This document shows, one piece after another, positions 9,124 through 19,470 of a stretch of DNA of 64,000 nt (within the stretch, counting starts at the first letter, position 1; every line of letters begins with the position of its first letter). The notes below the pieces were generated by a model. That model worked only from the letters and a program-made list of their open reading frames with translations. It was not told the origin of the DNA and made no database searches. Source of the DNA: a virus; IMG/VR virus record IMGVR_UViG_3300045988_023906; one strand, written 5' to 3'. Position numbers and translations under genes: made by a program.

Positions 9124-10047
9124 TTATTTACCAAAATCCCAAGGAGAAGACTCTTCTGCCTTAGGGAAAGGCATGTCACTTGAGCCTAAGTTGTTGAAGT
9201 CAGTAGCTTCTACAGTATATTCTCTAAAGGGTTTAATATCATACTCCACATTAGAGAATGCTCCGGCATTCTTTCTTTCTTGTAAGTCCTTATCTATTTC
9301 ACTGTAATTTCTTGCTCCATTTCTAAGTACTTTGTTAGTATATACTACCTGATATTGTTTTCCATCCTCAGTAGTTCTTACTCCAAACATCACCTTGACT
9401 TTATTCTTAGGCATAAGCTTAGGAACTTCATTAAGTTCAGAGAAATCTCCCTTAAACAGCTTATCCATATCAAGGGAACATTCACACTCCTCCATGTTAG
9501 CTACTTTGGGGTTCTTAACCCATTCACCATTAACATAGGAAAGTGCTTCATCAAAATTAAGATAGCTCTTAATAAATTCAATAAGTTGTATTTCTCCATT
9601 ATAGGCAGGCCTGTATTCAGTAGTAATTCTAAGGGCTTTACCAGTGCTACTTTTAAGAGTCGCTTTATTTTTCAGGTCCTCTGGGGTAGCCCAAGCACTA
9701 TAACCATATTTATCAATTACTTGTACCTTAGTTTTGTCTCTATTATACCTATAGGATTTATCTACAAAGAAAGTCATAGGAATAATTATATCTCCCTCTA
9801 CATCTGGTTTGACATAGAAAGTAACCATAACTTGAGGTACATTCTTACCATCTACCTCTCTTTCTCTCAGATATTCAGGCTCAGAGTCTATTTCTGCATT
9901 CAACAGTTTATTTCTTTCTTCTTTTGTGGGATTAACTGCTAAAACATATACAGGAGAAGCACCAATATACCTCTTAATACTTCCACCTTCTTTACTCTCT
10001 ACTGCTTTACCAAAAGCCATAAAACTAAAATTAATATTTTTATTCAT
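9124..10047 (-). CDS. hypothetical protein
   Basis: 307-aa ORF in the replication module. No motif recognised. The antisense ORF 9355-9942 is rejected. Confidence 0.6.
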   Translation of the reverse strand: MNKNINFSFMAFGKAVESKEGGSIKRYIGASPVYVLAVNPTKEERNKLLNAEIDSEPEYLREREVDGKNVPQVMVTFYVKPDVEGDIIIPMTFFVDKSYRYNRDKTKVQVIDKYGYSAWATPEDLKNKATLKSSTGKALRITTEYRPAYNGEIQLIEFIKSYLNFDEALSYVNGEWVKNPKVANMEECECSLDMDKLFKGDFSELNEVPKLMPKNKVKVMFGVRTTEDGKQYQVVYTNKVLRNGARNYSEIDKDLQERKNAGAFSNVEYDIKPFREYTVEATDFNNLGSSDMPFPKAEESSPWDFGK

Positions 10048-10105
10048 TTCTATTCAATTTATTTAATTTTACTTCTTGTTATTTTATTGCTTGTTCTTAA
10101 TGAAC

Positions 10106-10552
10106 TTAGTAAGGGAGATTGTTAGGAAAGGGAGAATCTCCCTCTGCCTTGACCTCTACTTCAGGTGCCTTCTCGGCATCATCTACTGTCTCAGGAGCAA
10201 CATTGTCAATAGCAGGCTCCTCTACATGAATTTCATATACATTAGCCCCCTCATTGAACACTACTACACCAGCCTTAGGTTCATACTTAGTAACCTTTAC
10301 AGGCTTACCATCCTTATCAACCTTACCAGTATCTTCTACCTTCTTGACAACCAAGTCTTCACTTGTGAGACCACCTGTCAAAGCCTTGACACCCATCTCA
10401 TGTCCCTCAATCTCCTCAGTCAGGGCATTATACTCTGCATTGAGTTCATCAATCTTGGCAGCAATCTTATTCTTCTTCACTACCAAAGGATTAACATTCT
10501 GTGCAATTCTTTTTACACCTGCAAACTGTCTTACTGTTAATGTCTTATTCAT
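10106..10552 (-). CDS. hypothetical protein (coiled-coil, acidic C-terminus)
   Basis: 148-aa ORF. Two overlapping plus-strand ORFs are low-complexity and are rejected. Confidence 0.55.
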   Translation of the reverse strand: MNKTLTVRQFAGVKRIAQNVNPLVVKKNKIAAKIDELNAEYNALTEEIEGHEMGVKALTGGLTSEDLVVKKVEDTGKVDKDGKPVKVTKYEPKAGVVVFNEGANVYEIHVEEPAIDNVAPETVDDAEKAPEVEVKAEGDSPFPNNLPY

Positions 10553-10674
10553 AATTATTTCTCTTAATATAATAAAATAATTCTGTTATTACTACTTATA
10601 ACATCCGTAATTGGCTATTTATATTAAATGGGGTAATATTATATACTTGATTACCAAGTTCTATTGTCTTTTCC

Positions 10675-11355
10675 CTATCCATAATATTCCTTCATAGCTT
10701 TCACTACTACTCCTAAATCATTAGGGATAAAGTCCTCCATAAACATATCAGCAGGAGACTTAGCAGGAATTTCTACCATACCATCCATGAATCTGTGAGT
10801 ATAAAAGCCATAAGTAGCTGCGCCTTTATCATCATATTTAATAGATGAATACAGCACCATAGGTACAACCTCTACAGGATTATATTGATTATCAATCAGT
10901 TGGCCAATTGTACTAACCTTATATCCTACAGTAGTCTTATCACTCTGGACATCCTCACTATGAAGAATTAAGAACACATTAATATCCTCTCTCATAGATT
11001 CTATAGTAGAAATAATCTGTTGAAAGTGCATAGCCAACTCTGTATATTTACCATATCCAGTCTCTTTGGCCCTCTTGAAATATTCCTTCCTCATAATATA
11101 GATAGCATCATCTATAATGATATTATGAACATAGGAAGCATTCTTATCTATACCTTGAAGCATATTAATAGCCTGTGTATAATCATCTATCCTGAATAGA
11201 TTCTTATTTTCTTTATTATATAGACTACTACTACCTTTAAAAGGTAATTTTTTACCTAAAACATTTAATATTACAGTTTCTTTAGGGTCTAACCCCTTAA
11301 TACTAGAACTTTTTCCTGTTCCACTTTTTCCTAAAAGGATTACTGCATTTGCCAT
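10675..11355 (-). CDS. P-loop NTPase (RecA/Sak4-like small ATPase)
   Basis: 226 aa. Walker A is LLGKSGTGKSS and Walker B is NIIIDDA. Confidence 0.7.
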   Translation of the reverse strand: MANAVILLGKSGTGKSSSIKGLDPKETVILNVLGKKLPFKGSSSLYNKENKNLFRIDDYTQAINMLQGIDKNASYVHNIIIDDAIYIMRKEYFKRAKETGYGKYTELAMHFQQIISTIESMREDINVFLILHSEDVQSDKTTVGYKVSTIGQLIDNQYNPVEVVPMVLYSSIKYDDKGAATYGFYTHRFMDGMVEIPAKSPADMFMEDFIPNDLGVVVKAMKEYYG

Positions 11356-11378
11356 TGTTTTTGTTTTATATGTTACTT

Positions 11379-12614
11379 TTACTTGAAAAGGGCTGCAAAC
11401 TTATGAAATATTTTCCACCTGTGCAACTTTCTATTCATTTTATTTATTCCATAACTAAAGAAAGTCTTAGCAGTTTTGCTTTTCCTTGATTCCATATAGT
11501 TATATACTCTCTGTAATGCTTCTCTATCATTAGGTCTTGGGAGTTCATAAAATGTACTCACCGCACCATCAAAGAATAAAGGACAGATTTGACCATTTGC
11601 TCCATAGTCTCTATCTTCAATCACCTCCATGAACCTTATATGGTTCCTGAACTTGGTTATATCATATCCTTCATACTCTCTTAGTCCATACTTGAATGGA
11701 CTATAGAGACCTATAACCATATTGGCATCTCTGGTAGTAGTCTTACAATCTGCAAGACCATCAGAAGATGGTTTAAGCTTATTCAGCTTTTGGTTCTCAA
11801 TACCCTCTTGAGCCTGTGCTTGATGCTGAATCAATACAAAGATGAATTTCAATTGATTTCTGAGAGTAATACCATACTTGCTCATCTTATCAATAGTTTC
11901 CATCTTCTTTAATCCACTTTCAAGAGATAGATTCGAGGCATTATCTATGATGATTATCCTCCTCTCCTCTGGGTCATCTGGGGTATAAGGATTGTCATTG
12001 TCTACCACATCTGCATCTATGATTTCATCTGTGATAGGGTCTTTCCTCTTACCTTTCTTGAAGTTAAGATGTCCATGAGTTAAGGCATAGTCCCTACAAT
12101 ACTTATTGATTCCTGTGGGGTTCCTTTGGTCATCAATATACTCAACCATATCCTCGAATGCCTTGATATATCTCTGATACTTATCAGATTCAAGTAATTC
12201 AAGAATCTTCTCATCAATAGGATGGTCTCTATCTGTACTTTTCAGTTCAGTGGGAGATGCCTCTATTCCATCCAATCTAAACAATAGATGACACAAGAAC
12301 TCATTGTACTTTTCCTCTGGACTCATCTCCAAAGTAAAGTAAAGAACCTTAACTCTCATCTCAGGATGCTCCAATATAAAGAACAATGGTTCATATACAA
12401 ATAGGTAATCACAGAACTTTGATTTACCTACCTTTTGATTGGCAGTCACCACTATGAACTTAGCAGTTTCAATGCCTGGAACCCATGCTCTAAATCTTGG
12501 AAAAGGAAAAGGGATACAATTATAAAGTCCATTAAGAACTCTCTCTCTCCTTAACCTCAGATTTCCCATTACTTGCTTAAATCTACTCATAATCAGGTAA
12601 TTGTAGAAGTCCAA
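11379..12614 (-). CDS. DnaB-like replicative helicase (RecA-type C-terminal domain)
   Basis: 411 aa. Walker A is TANQKVGKSKF and Walker B is RIIIIDNASNL. A downstream LIQHQAQ segment is present, and the gene is adjacent to the primase and ATPase. Confidence 0.65.
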   Translation of the reverse strand: MDFYNYLIMSRFKQVMGNLRLRRERVLNGLYNCIPFPFPRFRAWVPGIETAKFIVVTANQKVGKSKFCDYLFVYEPLFFILEHPEMRVKVLYFTLEMSPEEKYNEFLCHLLFRLDGIEASPTELKSTDRDHPIDEKILELLESDKYQRYIKAFEDMVEYIDDQRNPTGINKYCRDYALTHGHLNFKKGKRKDPITDEIIDADVVDNDNPYTPDDPEERRIIIIDNASNLSLESGLKKMETIDKMSKYGITLRNQLKFIFVLIQHQAQAQEGIENQKLNKLKPSSDGLADCKTTTRDANMVIGLYSPFKYGLREYEGYDITKFRNHIRFMEVIEDRDYGANGQICPLFFDGAVSTFYELPRPNDREALQRVYNYMESRKSKTAKTFFSYGINKMNRKLHRWKIFHKFAALFK

Positions 12615-13192
12615 TCTCTCTTCAAATCATCTTCCTGACCAGCATTCTCTATGTAAGAAGCAAGGTCTGATACCTCTTCAATGTACTTTCTACCATCACT
12701 TCCCATTTTCTTTTCATCCTTCCATATAAAGTATTTAAGTGCTCTCATATAAGTGTACTGTCCATTGAAGGATTCCACATATTTCTTGGCTGCATGTATA
12801 ATCTGCTCATCAGAGTACTTATTACCATACAACTTGAAGAACTTTTGAAGCCTCTCTTTATTGTCTTTTCTATTGCCTTTCCAATACAAAGATGTACCTT
12901 CTTTCTTGCCTGATGGGAAGATAGACATAAGAGTATCTACTAGAGGTAATAGTCGCTCATCTGATGGTACAGAAGTATCAGCACTAAGTAATATATCAGA
13001 GCATGTACTATCCCACCTTTGAGTAACTAGGAAACCTTCAGAGAACATATCTTTTACCAGTACCTCTTTATTAACCAAGTCATTAAACAGCTCAGTAATG
13101 TTTACTCCAGTCTTAACAAGCAATACTGCAAGAAGAGAAGGTAAATCCATGCCTTTCTTCTTACAAATATCTTCATTGATTACATAATTCAT
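12593..13192 (-). CDS. hypothetical protein
   Basis: 199-aa ORF in an overlapping gene chain. Confidence 0.55.
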   Translation of the reverse strand: MNYVINEDICKKKGMDLPSLLAVLLVKTGVNITELFNDLVNKEVLVKDMFSEGFLVTQRWDSTCSDILLSADTSVPSDERLLPLVDTLMSIFPSGKKEGTSLYWKGNRKDNKERLQKFFKLYGNKYSDEQIIHAAKKYVESFNGQYTYMRALKYFIWKDEKKMGSDGRKYIEEVSDLASYIENAGQEDDLKRDWTSTIT

Positions 13193-13590
13193 TCTGATAG
13201 CTTTTTCACATGATTAACTTCAATTTCCTCTACTGCTGCACAGTTTTTAGTCATTACCTCTGCCATTTTAGCATTTTCTACAAAGCCTTTTGCAATGCAG
13301 TCCCACACATTCTTAGCAGTCTTGAATGCCTTGGATTTAGCTCTTGATTCAGCAATTTTCTTGCCAGTAGCCTCATCAAAGGTATCATCAGAGTTGCATC
13401 TTGCCTTAGCTGTCACTATGAACTCTCCAAAGTCATTTACCATAGGAGCTTTGGTTGCCCACCAAGCAGGGTCTATATGATTCCATAACTTAGAATCAAA
13501 AAGTTGCATATCAACTGACATGTTACATACAACCACTTTGTTTTCTGGCTTTACAATAAATTTGGATGTTGTTCTAACTCTAGTTTTCAT
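13189..13590 (-). CDS. hypothetical protein
   Basis: 133-aa ORF with 4-nt overlaps to both neighbours. Confidence 0.55.
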   Translation of the reverse strand: MKTRVRTTSKFIVKPENKVVVCNMSVDMQLFDSKLWNHIDPAWWATKAPMVNDFGEFIVTAKARCNSDDTFDEATGKKIAESRAKSKAFKTAKNVWDCIAKGFVENAKMAEVMTKNCAAVEEIEVNHVKKLSE

Positions 13591-14726
13591 AATGTTATTT
13601 CATTTATATTATTAATAGTAACTATAGACTCTTCTGAATACTCCTCTATCATCTTCTGCGCAAGTTCTTCTTCCCTTGTATCCTTGAAATAAGGTATAAT
13701 GATAATAGGAGATTTGTGTCTAAGTATTCTACCAACTCTTTGCTTTACTACAATCTCCGAACTATTCAAGTTGCAGAATATACCTATCCTACAATTAGTC
13801 AAGTTCACACCTTCATTGAGTATGTTACAGGCAGTAATATGCTTAATCTTGTTAAGATTAAACATTTCAAGGTTCTTCACTGAAGCCTTATTCTTTGAGG
13901 TGATATTGTATTTACTTAACCTCTCTGACTGCTCAATACTACTACAGAAAGTCAAAGTCTTGTAATTCCTGAACTTGTCAAGAAGAGATAGTACAAGGGC
14001 TTCCTTCTGTTCAGCACACCACTTCAGCCTTTTGCCTGCTGTTGAAAGCCATAAGTTCTTTATCCTCTCATCTCTTGAGTTAAAGTACCTATTCTTGTAC
14101 CACTCTATAAGTGAAGAGATACTATCATAGCAACCTTTCTGAGTGGTGATTATATCACGACCAAACTTCTTAACCTTATAGGTATAATTAGTAGTGTCCA
14201 AAGTCAAAGGCAGTAGATATACTGTAGGCTCAGGTAGTACTTCATCTTCTACAGCCTCCTTGAGACTACACTTAATGACCTCAGCCTTGTGGTTGTAAAT
14301 GAAATAATCCCTCATGTCTCTCTTAATAGTGGCAGACAATCCAATGAAAGACTCATTGATATGGATAGTCTCCAATACATCAATTCTTGCTTCTGACAAA
14401 TGCTGCATCTCATCTGCCACTACTACATCAAAGTATGAGTTCTCATAGTTCTTTAGTGACTCATAGCATTCAATGGTAATATAGTCAGACTTGATACCTC
14501 CCCATCTCTCAATCTCCTCCTTCCAAGTCTGCTTATGCACAGTCTTGGCTACAAGGATAAGTATAGTAGTAGGACACTCATCATTCCTGAATACCCTATC
14601 ACATATATGATTAATGAGGTCTATTGCTACTTTGGTCTTACCATACCCAGTAATAAGCTCTAAAATCATGTACTTGCTCTTATCAACTACTTCAAGAGCT
14701 TTCTTTTGTATCTCTTCTCTTTTCAT
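13587..14726 (-). CDS. superfamily 2 DEAD/DExH-type helicase
   Basis: 379 aa. Motif I is LITGYGKTKVA, motif II is VVADEMQH, motif III is LSAT and motif VI is QRVGRILR. Confidence 0.8.
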   Translation of the reverse strand: MKREEIQKKALEVVDKSKYMILELITGYGKTKVAIDLINHICDRVFRNDECPTTILILVAKTVHKQTWKEEIERWGGIKSDYITIECYESLKNYENSYFDVVVADEMQHLSEARIDVLETIHINESFIGLSATIKRDMRDYFIYNHKAEVIKCSLKEAVEDEVLPEPTVYLLPLTLDTTNYTYKVKKFGRDIITTQKGCYDSISSLIEWYKNRYFNSRDERIKNLWLSTAGKRLKWCAEQKEALVLSLLDKFRNYKTLTFCSSIEQSERLSKYNITSKNKASVKNLEMFNLNKIKHITACNILNEGVNLTNCRIGIFCNLNSSEIVVKQRVGRILRHKSPIIIIPYFKDTREEELAQKMIEEYSEESIVTINNINEITL

Positions 14727-15355
14727 AATAACTGTCTTGTTAAATAAAACCTTTTCTTATACAGATGATTTCTGCTTTTAATTAAACACCAACTGATAGA
14801 TTGTATGGAGCCTCCAACATAGGATGCTGCTTCTTCCAAAGTATTTACTTTACATAACAAAACTTTATTAAGGTCATAGATATAAACTCCTTTTTGTCTT
14901 TTAGCACAAGACTTACTGTTGGCTTCACCTATTTTCCTCTTTGTTTCATCTGATAAAGTAACTCCTCTTCTTGGATTAACATAGCCATTTCTATAGTTTT
15001 CCTTGAGAGAGTTTCTTATCCTCTCCTTAGTACTTTCCAACATATTGCCCACAGCTTTAGTAACTGTAAGCTCAGTATTATACTCAGGATGTAGGCTATC
15101 CACATAGAATTGTTCCCTTTCAACTAATTTATCTTCATCACATCTTTCAAGTACAAAGAAATGAAATTTATCTTCTCCATACTTGTTCCAAGCATTTTGA
15201 AGATGAGGACTATGATGACAATTATGTCTTAAAGTACTTCTATGTTTCTGCCATCTACTATAGATGTTTTTGCTACTTCCCACATATTTCTTACCATTTT
15301 GTGTGTTCAAAATACAATAAACACCTGAAAACTTAAATTCTTGACTAATAACCAT
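14723..15355 (-). mobile_element. GIY-YIG homing endonuclease gene
   Basis: 210 aa. GVYCILNTQNGKKYVGSSKNIYSRWQKH carries the GIY...YVG motifs. A C-terminal HTH-like segment reads EAASYVGGSIQSISWCL. It has its own -7 box at 15372-15379. Confidence 0.85.
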
Positions 15356-15371
15356 ATCTTTTTTTTTTCTG

Positions 15372-15379
15372 CAAAGATA
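15372..15379 (-). promoter_or_regulatory. Bacteroides-type -7 box (TATCTTTG)
   Basis: The reverse complement of caaagata. It lies 17 nt upstream of the GIY-YIG start codon. Confidence 0.5.
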
Positions 15380-15435
15380 CAGTAAATGTTTAAATTAACT
15401 AATAGTTTAAGTGAATTACTTATACTATCCAGTTA

Positions 15436-15933
15436 TTATTTCAAGTTCTTCTTGTCATTTCTACTTACAATTCCTTTTAGTTTGTTAATGTAGTTAGGGT
15501 CTTCTGCATACCCTATGTCTGATAAAAACTTATAGTAATCATTCGGAGGTTTATATCTATGTTGCACATAGTCAAGATATGCAACCACACTCTCAGTCCA
15601 ATGGTCAAATGTGTGATGCCTGTGTTTCTTGCTGTTATACAAGCCAAACAAGTTGTTATCATTCAGACATAAGTCTGACTTAAAATGACCAGTTTCAAGT
15701 ACAGCTTGTGCATAGACTATCTGAGGATGTTTAACCCCATAATATTCCAATGCTTCCATCAAGCCTTCTTGAGGTGACTTACTGAAGAAGTCTGGCTGCT
15801 TCTCCTTATTATCTATGTGCAATACTACCTTTATCTCAGGTGGCTTATCTTCCTTTGAGCAGGAGTACACTTGAATTGCTCCAAGTGCTCCTACTGCTAA
15901 GGAAATAAGTACATTGAATACTTTCTGCTTCAT
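15436..15933 (-). CDS. secreted/lipoprotein N-acetylglucosaminidase-family peptidoglycan hydrolase
   Basis: 165 aa. The signal peptide has a lipobox-like IQVYSC. AQAVLETGHFKSDLCLNDNNLFGL matches the glucosaminidase (FlgJ/LytD) catalytic region E..G...NNLFG. Confidence 0.7.
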   Translation of the reverse strand: MKQKVFNVLISLAVGALGAIQVYSCSKEDKPPEIKVVLHIDNKEKQPDFFSKSPQEGLMEALEYYGVKHPQIVYAQAVLETGHFKSDLCLNDNNLFGLYNSKKHRHHTFDHWTESVVAYLDYVQHRYKPPNDYYKFLSDIGYAEDPNYINKLKGIVSRNDKKNLK

Positions 15934-16133
15934 ACTTTCTTACATAATATATTCTTAACCTTTAGTAGTCCTCTTGTGACAATGTTGTCTCCTCTCAATG
16001 AGAATACATGAGTATAGTCTTCACACTCATTGGGATTCCACCCTGCATGAATTGCATAATATATGATGAATGCAGCAAATAAGATGATATTAGCTATAGG
16101 CAGTAAACCCAGTACAACTATAATAAGTGCCAT
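15930..16133 (-). CDS. small membrane protein
   Basis: 67 aa with a hydrophobic N-terminal helix. It overlaps the hydrolase gene by 4 nt. Confidence 0.45.
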   Translation of the reverse strand: MALIIVVLGLLPIANIILFAAFIIYYAIHAGWNPNECEDYTHVFSLRGDNIVTRGLLKVKNILCKKV

Positions 16134-16164
16134 CCATAATGGAACTATAACATCATACAGGTAA

Positions 16165-16689
16165 CTATATAGTAATCTTGTTGTCTAACTCAGAGGATAA
16201 AGGAAATATATTTTTTCTCTCCCTTCTTACTACCTCTTGAGCCTCCTCTAAGGTATTATATCTACCAAAGGAATGGCCCCCAATTCTTACCCTATATTTA
16301 CCATCCTCTATGGTGATGTTCCTACATTTAGTAGTACTATTCAGAGTAATAGAAACATTTTGAGCATTCTGCTCTTTGCTAACCTCTCTAAGATTATTTC
16401 TAACATTATTTAAGGTATTATGGTCAATATGGTCTACAACATTTTCAGGATTAGATTTCTCAAATATAAGATTATGAAGCCATATTTGCTTCCTAACCTT
16501 ATTAATTTGAATTTTAGTCTTAACTCCATCAATATGCCCACTTGTATTCCTATTGATATGCCAAGTTCCTCTTATTAAAGCTGCCTTAGGTAAATCAACT
16601 TTGTCTATATGACATAATAGTCGAGTTCCTTTATAGATAATCTCTAAAGCTACTACATTGTCATCTATTTCTACCACTCTGTTTTTCAT
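16165..16689 (-). mobile_element. HNH homing endonuclease with AP2-like DNA-binding domain
   Basis: 174 aa. VVDHIDHNTLNNVRNNLREVSKEQNAQN is an HNH_3-type motif. YRVRIGGHSFGRYNTLEEA is AP2-like. Confidence 0.75.
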
Positions 16690-16690
16690 A

Positions 16691-17491
16691 CTATTTTCTT
16701 ATTTTACTTAAATCCAAAAATGTAGAAGTATTCCCACCAGTGATTACTGTTGGTACAGTCCCATCCCATTTCTCAATCCACATCTTCTCAAGAATTGCAG
16801 GAGTAAGAGCCTGTTGCCTCAACTCATTGGCTTTCTTCTCTGCCTCAGCAGCTACAATAAGTTTCTTAGCCTGAGCTTCTGCCACTTTAACCTCATTCTC
16901 TACCTGCATAGCCTGCTGAATAGCCTTATTTTTGGCATTTACAGACTCTACAATAGTCTGAGGATATTTGAGACCAGAGGTTAGCTGCTCCAACTGAAAG
17001 TTCTCTTTAGCAAGTGCCTGAGTCAAATACCTTTCAATAGCATTCTCAATACTATCCCTTTTACTTACAATGTCATCAGTAGTAAACTTATTGAGCTGGA
17101 TTCTAAAGGCATCCTTTACATAGTTATACAGAGTACCTCTGATTACCTCATTCAACTCTTTTCTGTACTTCTTAAAGACAGCAGGTGATTTACCATCAAT
17201 AATCTTCAATGATACAGTAGGGTCTACAGTGAACTCTGAACCATCCTTTGCATTGATTGTAAATGGCTCATAGTCAATGGTCTGTACATAAGTAGGATAC
17301 TCATATACTGTGGTGGTCCAAGGATTGTACCATACAATACCAGTTACCAAAGAAGCATCATCTACTCCCTTATCACTGCCATACAAATTCACCTTGATGC
17401 CTTCACAACCTGCATCTACCTTCTCCATACATGATGTCATTGAGAACACCATAAACAAGGACAGAAGTCCCAAAATCAATTTACTTTTCAT
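16691..17491 (-). CDS. SPFH/band-7 (prohibitin-like) domain lipoprotein
   Basis: 266 aa. The lipobox is FSMTSC. An SPFH-like core is followed by an Ala/Glu/Lys-rich coiled coil, AEAQAKKLIVAAEAEKKANELR. Confidence 0.7.
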   Translation of the reverse strand: MKSKLILGLLSLFMVFSMTSCMEKVDAGCEGIKVNLYGSDKGVDDASLVTGIVWYNPWTTTVYEYPTYVQTIDYEPFTINAKDGSEFTVDPTVSLKIIDGKSPAVFKKYRKELNEVIRGTLYNYVKDAFRIQLNKFTTDDIVSKRDSIENAIERYLTQALAKENFQLEQLTSGLKYPQTIVESVNAKNKAIQQAMQVENEVKVAEAQAKKLIVAAEAEKKANELRQQALTPAILEKMWIEKWDGTVPTVITGGNTSTFLDLSKIRK

Positions 17492-17678
17492 GTTTTCTTT
17501 CTAATTTAATTACTGTTAAACACTTTGTTCTGACTGATAGATATAATGTTGCCACTACCATAAAGAATCCTATCACATTCTCAATGGTATTAGGTGCTGA
17601 AATCATTTCAAGTCCTAAGGTTATTAGGATAATGAAGATTACAAACCATACAGCAACTTTTACTACTACTTTATCCAT
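17481..17678 (-). CDS. small two-TM membrane protein (NfeD-like position upstream of the SPFH gene)
   Basis: 65 aa, very hydrophobic. It overlaps the SPFH start. Confidence 0.45.
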   Translation of the reverse strand: MDKVVVKVAVWFVIFIILITLGLEMISAPNTIENVIGFFMVVATLYLSVRTKCLTVIKLERKHEK

Positions 17679-17792
17679 AATCTACTTTCTTCATGCTTTT
17701 TTGTTAAACTTATATTGCTTAGTCAGTGAGACTTTAGTCTCCTTCTTTAGTCGGAAATACATAGTTAGATAATCTTTAGAATAATGATTCTA

Positions 17793-17978
17793 TCATATTT
17801 CAAACAGTTTTATGTAAGTTCTCTTACACTCCCCACTCCAATACCATTTGTTATACCATAATAGCACAATGTATTTATTCCTTGATATGACTATATCAAT
17901 CTTAGGAGAATACTTATTATACATTACAATAATCCAAATACATAGCACAATGAGGAGTAACACATTAAATGCTGTCAT
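17793..17978 (-). CDS. small membrane protein
   Basis: 61 aa with an N-terminal TM helix. It abuts the PRTase gene. Confidence 0.35.
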   Translation of the reverse strand: MTAFNVLLLIVLCIWIIVMYNKYSPKIDIVISRNKYIVLLWYNKWYWSGECKRTYIKLFEI

Positions 17979-17979
17979 A

Positions 17980-18534
17980 CTATTCTGGTTTAGGACAACA
18001 TATTACATACTCAAATCTTGAACAAATTTCTTTCCATTTCATATAGTTATCACATGAGTTTTTCTTTAATGTCTTTGCATCAATGATGTTACTTACACAG
18101 AGCATATCATACTTGTTAGTAGGATGAGGAATTACCTCAAAGTACCCATCTAAATCATGTATAATTGCCCTAATAGTATCACCTGATGATATAAAGTCAT
18201 CCACAACTATGAACCTTGTAGTACCAACCTCATCAATTCCTCTTAATGAAGAACAATGAGCACTTGTATCTTCTCCCTTCCTGACAATCAGGATGTAGGT
18301 CTTAGTAGTTGGGTTAATGTTGTGTAACTCATTAAGCATAGCACCTGCAATCATAGCTCCTGATGTACCTCTTACTACAAAGGTTATGCTTGTACCTTCC
18401 TCAATGTCCTCTTTATATGTATTGAAGATTGCTTCTGCACTCTGTTGTATGTAGCTATGCTTCCAATGGGCACCAAATGGATATTCTACACTAATGAAAT
18501 GGTCAAGATGTATAAATTTAGGAACATATCCCAT
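17980..18534 (-). CDS. type I phosphoribosyltransferase (PRTase)
   Basis: 184 aa. RFIVVDDFISSGDT is the classic PRPP-binding loop. Confidence 0.7.
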   Translation of the reverse strand: MGYVPKFIHLDHFISVEYPFGAHWKHSYIQQSAEAIFNTYKEDIEEGTSITFVVRGTSGAMIAGAMLNELHNINPTTKTYILIVRKGEDTSAHCSSLRGIDEVGTTRFIVVDDFISSGDTIRAIIHDLDGYFEVIPHPTNKYDMLCVSNIIDAKTLKKNSCDNYMKWKEICSRFEYVICCPKPE

Positions 18535-18570
18535 AGTCTCTTAGTTTTATCCTGCTTATTCAGAGGTTGT

Positions 18571-18608
18571 AAAAAAAAAGGACAGGGGTATTATTAGTAC
18601 CCCTGCCC
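18571..18608 (-). terminator. rho-independent terminator
   Basis: The minus-strand RNA reads GGGCAGGGGTA-CTAATAA-TACCCCTGTCC followed by U9. Confidence 0.8.
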
Positions 18609-18629
18609 TTACTATGAGAACATATCCAG

Positions 18630-19064
18630 TTAGTCCTCAAACACTTGATAGGTATATGATACACCTCCAAGATGTCTTACTGTTCTCTGCAAATGAGCTT
18701 CAAGTCTTTCCTTTTCACTCATTGCAGCCCACTTGCCAGGCTTAGACCATGAAGGACAAGAATCCTTATCAATCATATACTCATAAGCCTCCTTGCTCAT
18801 GTTCAGGGACTGTGTAGCTGATTTACACTTTCTTGTATGGAAAGTGATAATCTCTGGGTTGGTACCATTGTTGTCAGTCACTCTCATAGTGTGCTTCTCC
18901 ATCTTGTCCCAATCCTCTACTTTTACCTCAATGGTTTTCTTGTAGATTTTACCAGCTTTGGTCTTCTTCTCAATCACTTTGTGAGTTGTTTTAAGGCACT
19001 CCTCCTTGCTGAACATTGTGCTTCCTCGAAGCTCAATACTCAGACTTAACTTGATTTCACTCAT
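18630..19064 (-). CDS. hypothetical protein
   Basis: 144-aa ORF followed by a strong terminator. Confidence 0.55.
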   Translation of the reverse strand: MSEIKLSLSIELRGSTMFSKEECLKTTHKVIEKKTKAGKIYKKTIEVKVEDWDKMEKHTMRVTDNNGTNPEIITFHTRKCKSATQSLNMSKEAYEYMIDKDSCPSWSKPGKWAAMSEKERLEAHLQRTVRHLGGVSYTYQVFED

Positions 19065-19069
19065 GTTTA

Positions 19070-19435
19070 TTAATCTTCTTCAGATTCTCCCTTCATAATT
19101 GCAGCAAGCATAAGAGCAGCCATTGCATCTTTTGCTGTGGCTTCTCCCTTATCTGCTTTTTCTCTCAACTCCTCTGCCATTTTAATGTGAAGAGTATGTT
19201 TCAAGGCTTCAATAGTGCCCATTAATTCTCTCACATTGAGGAATATTGCACTTATTACAATCACCTCGACAGGTGCTTGCATTGTCTTACCTTTGTAGCT
19301 TTCCACCAAGTTTTCAACAAGTTCAACATTGGTTAAACCACCATTCTCTTTGCCACCTTTAATGACTTTTGCAGCATTTTCAAATGACTGCTCATCCAAC
19401 TTTCTTTCAAGTGGATTCTGTTCTTTTTCTTTCAT
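19070..19435 (-). CDS. hypothetical protein
   Basis: 121-aa ORF. Confidence 0.55.
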   Translation of the reverse strand: MKEKEQNPLERKLDEQSFENAAKVIKGGKENGGLTNVELVENLVESYKGKTMQAPVEVIVISAIFLNVRELMGTIEALKHTLHIKMAEELREKADKGEATAKDAMAALMLAAIMKGESEED

Positions 19436-19470
19436 CTTTTTTGATAATTTAATTATTAGTTTGTTAATTG

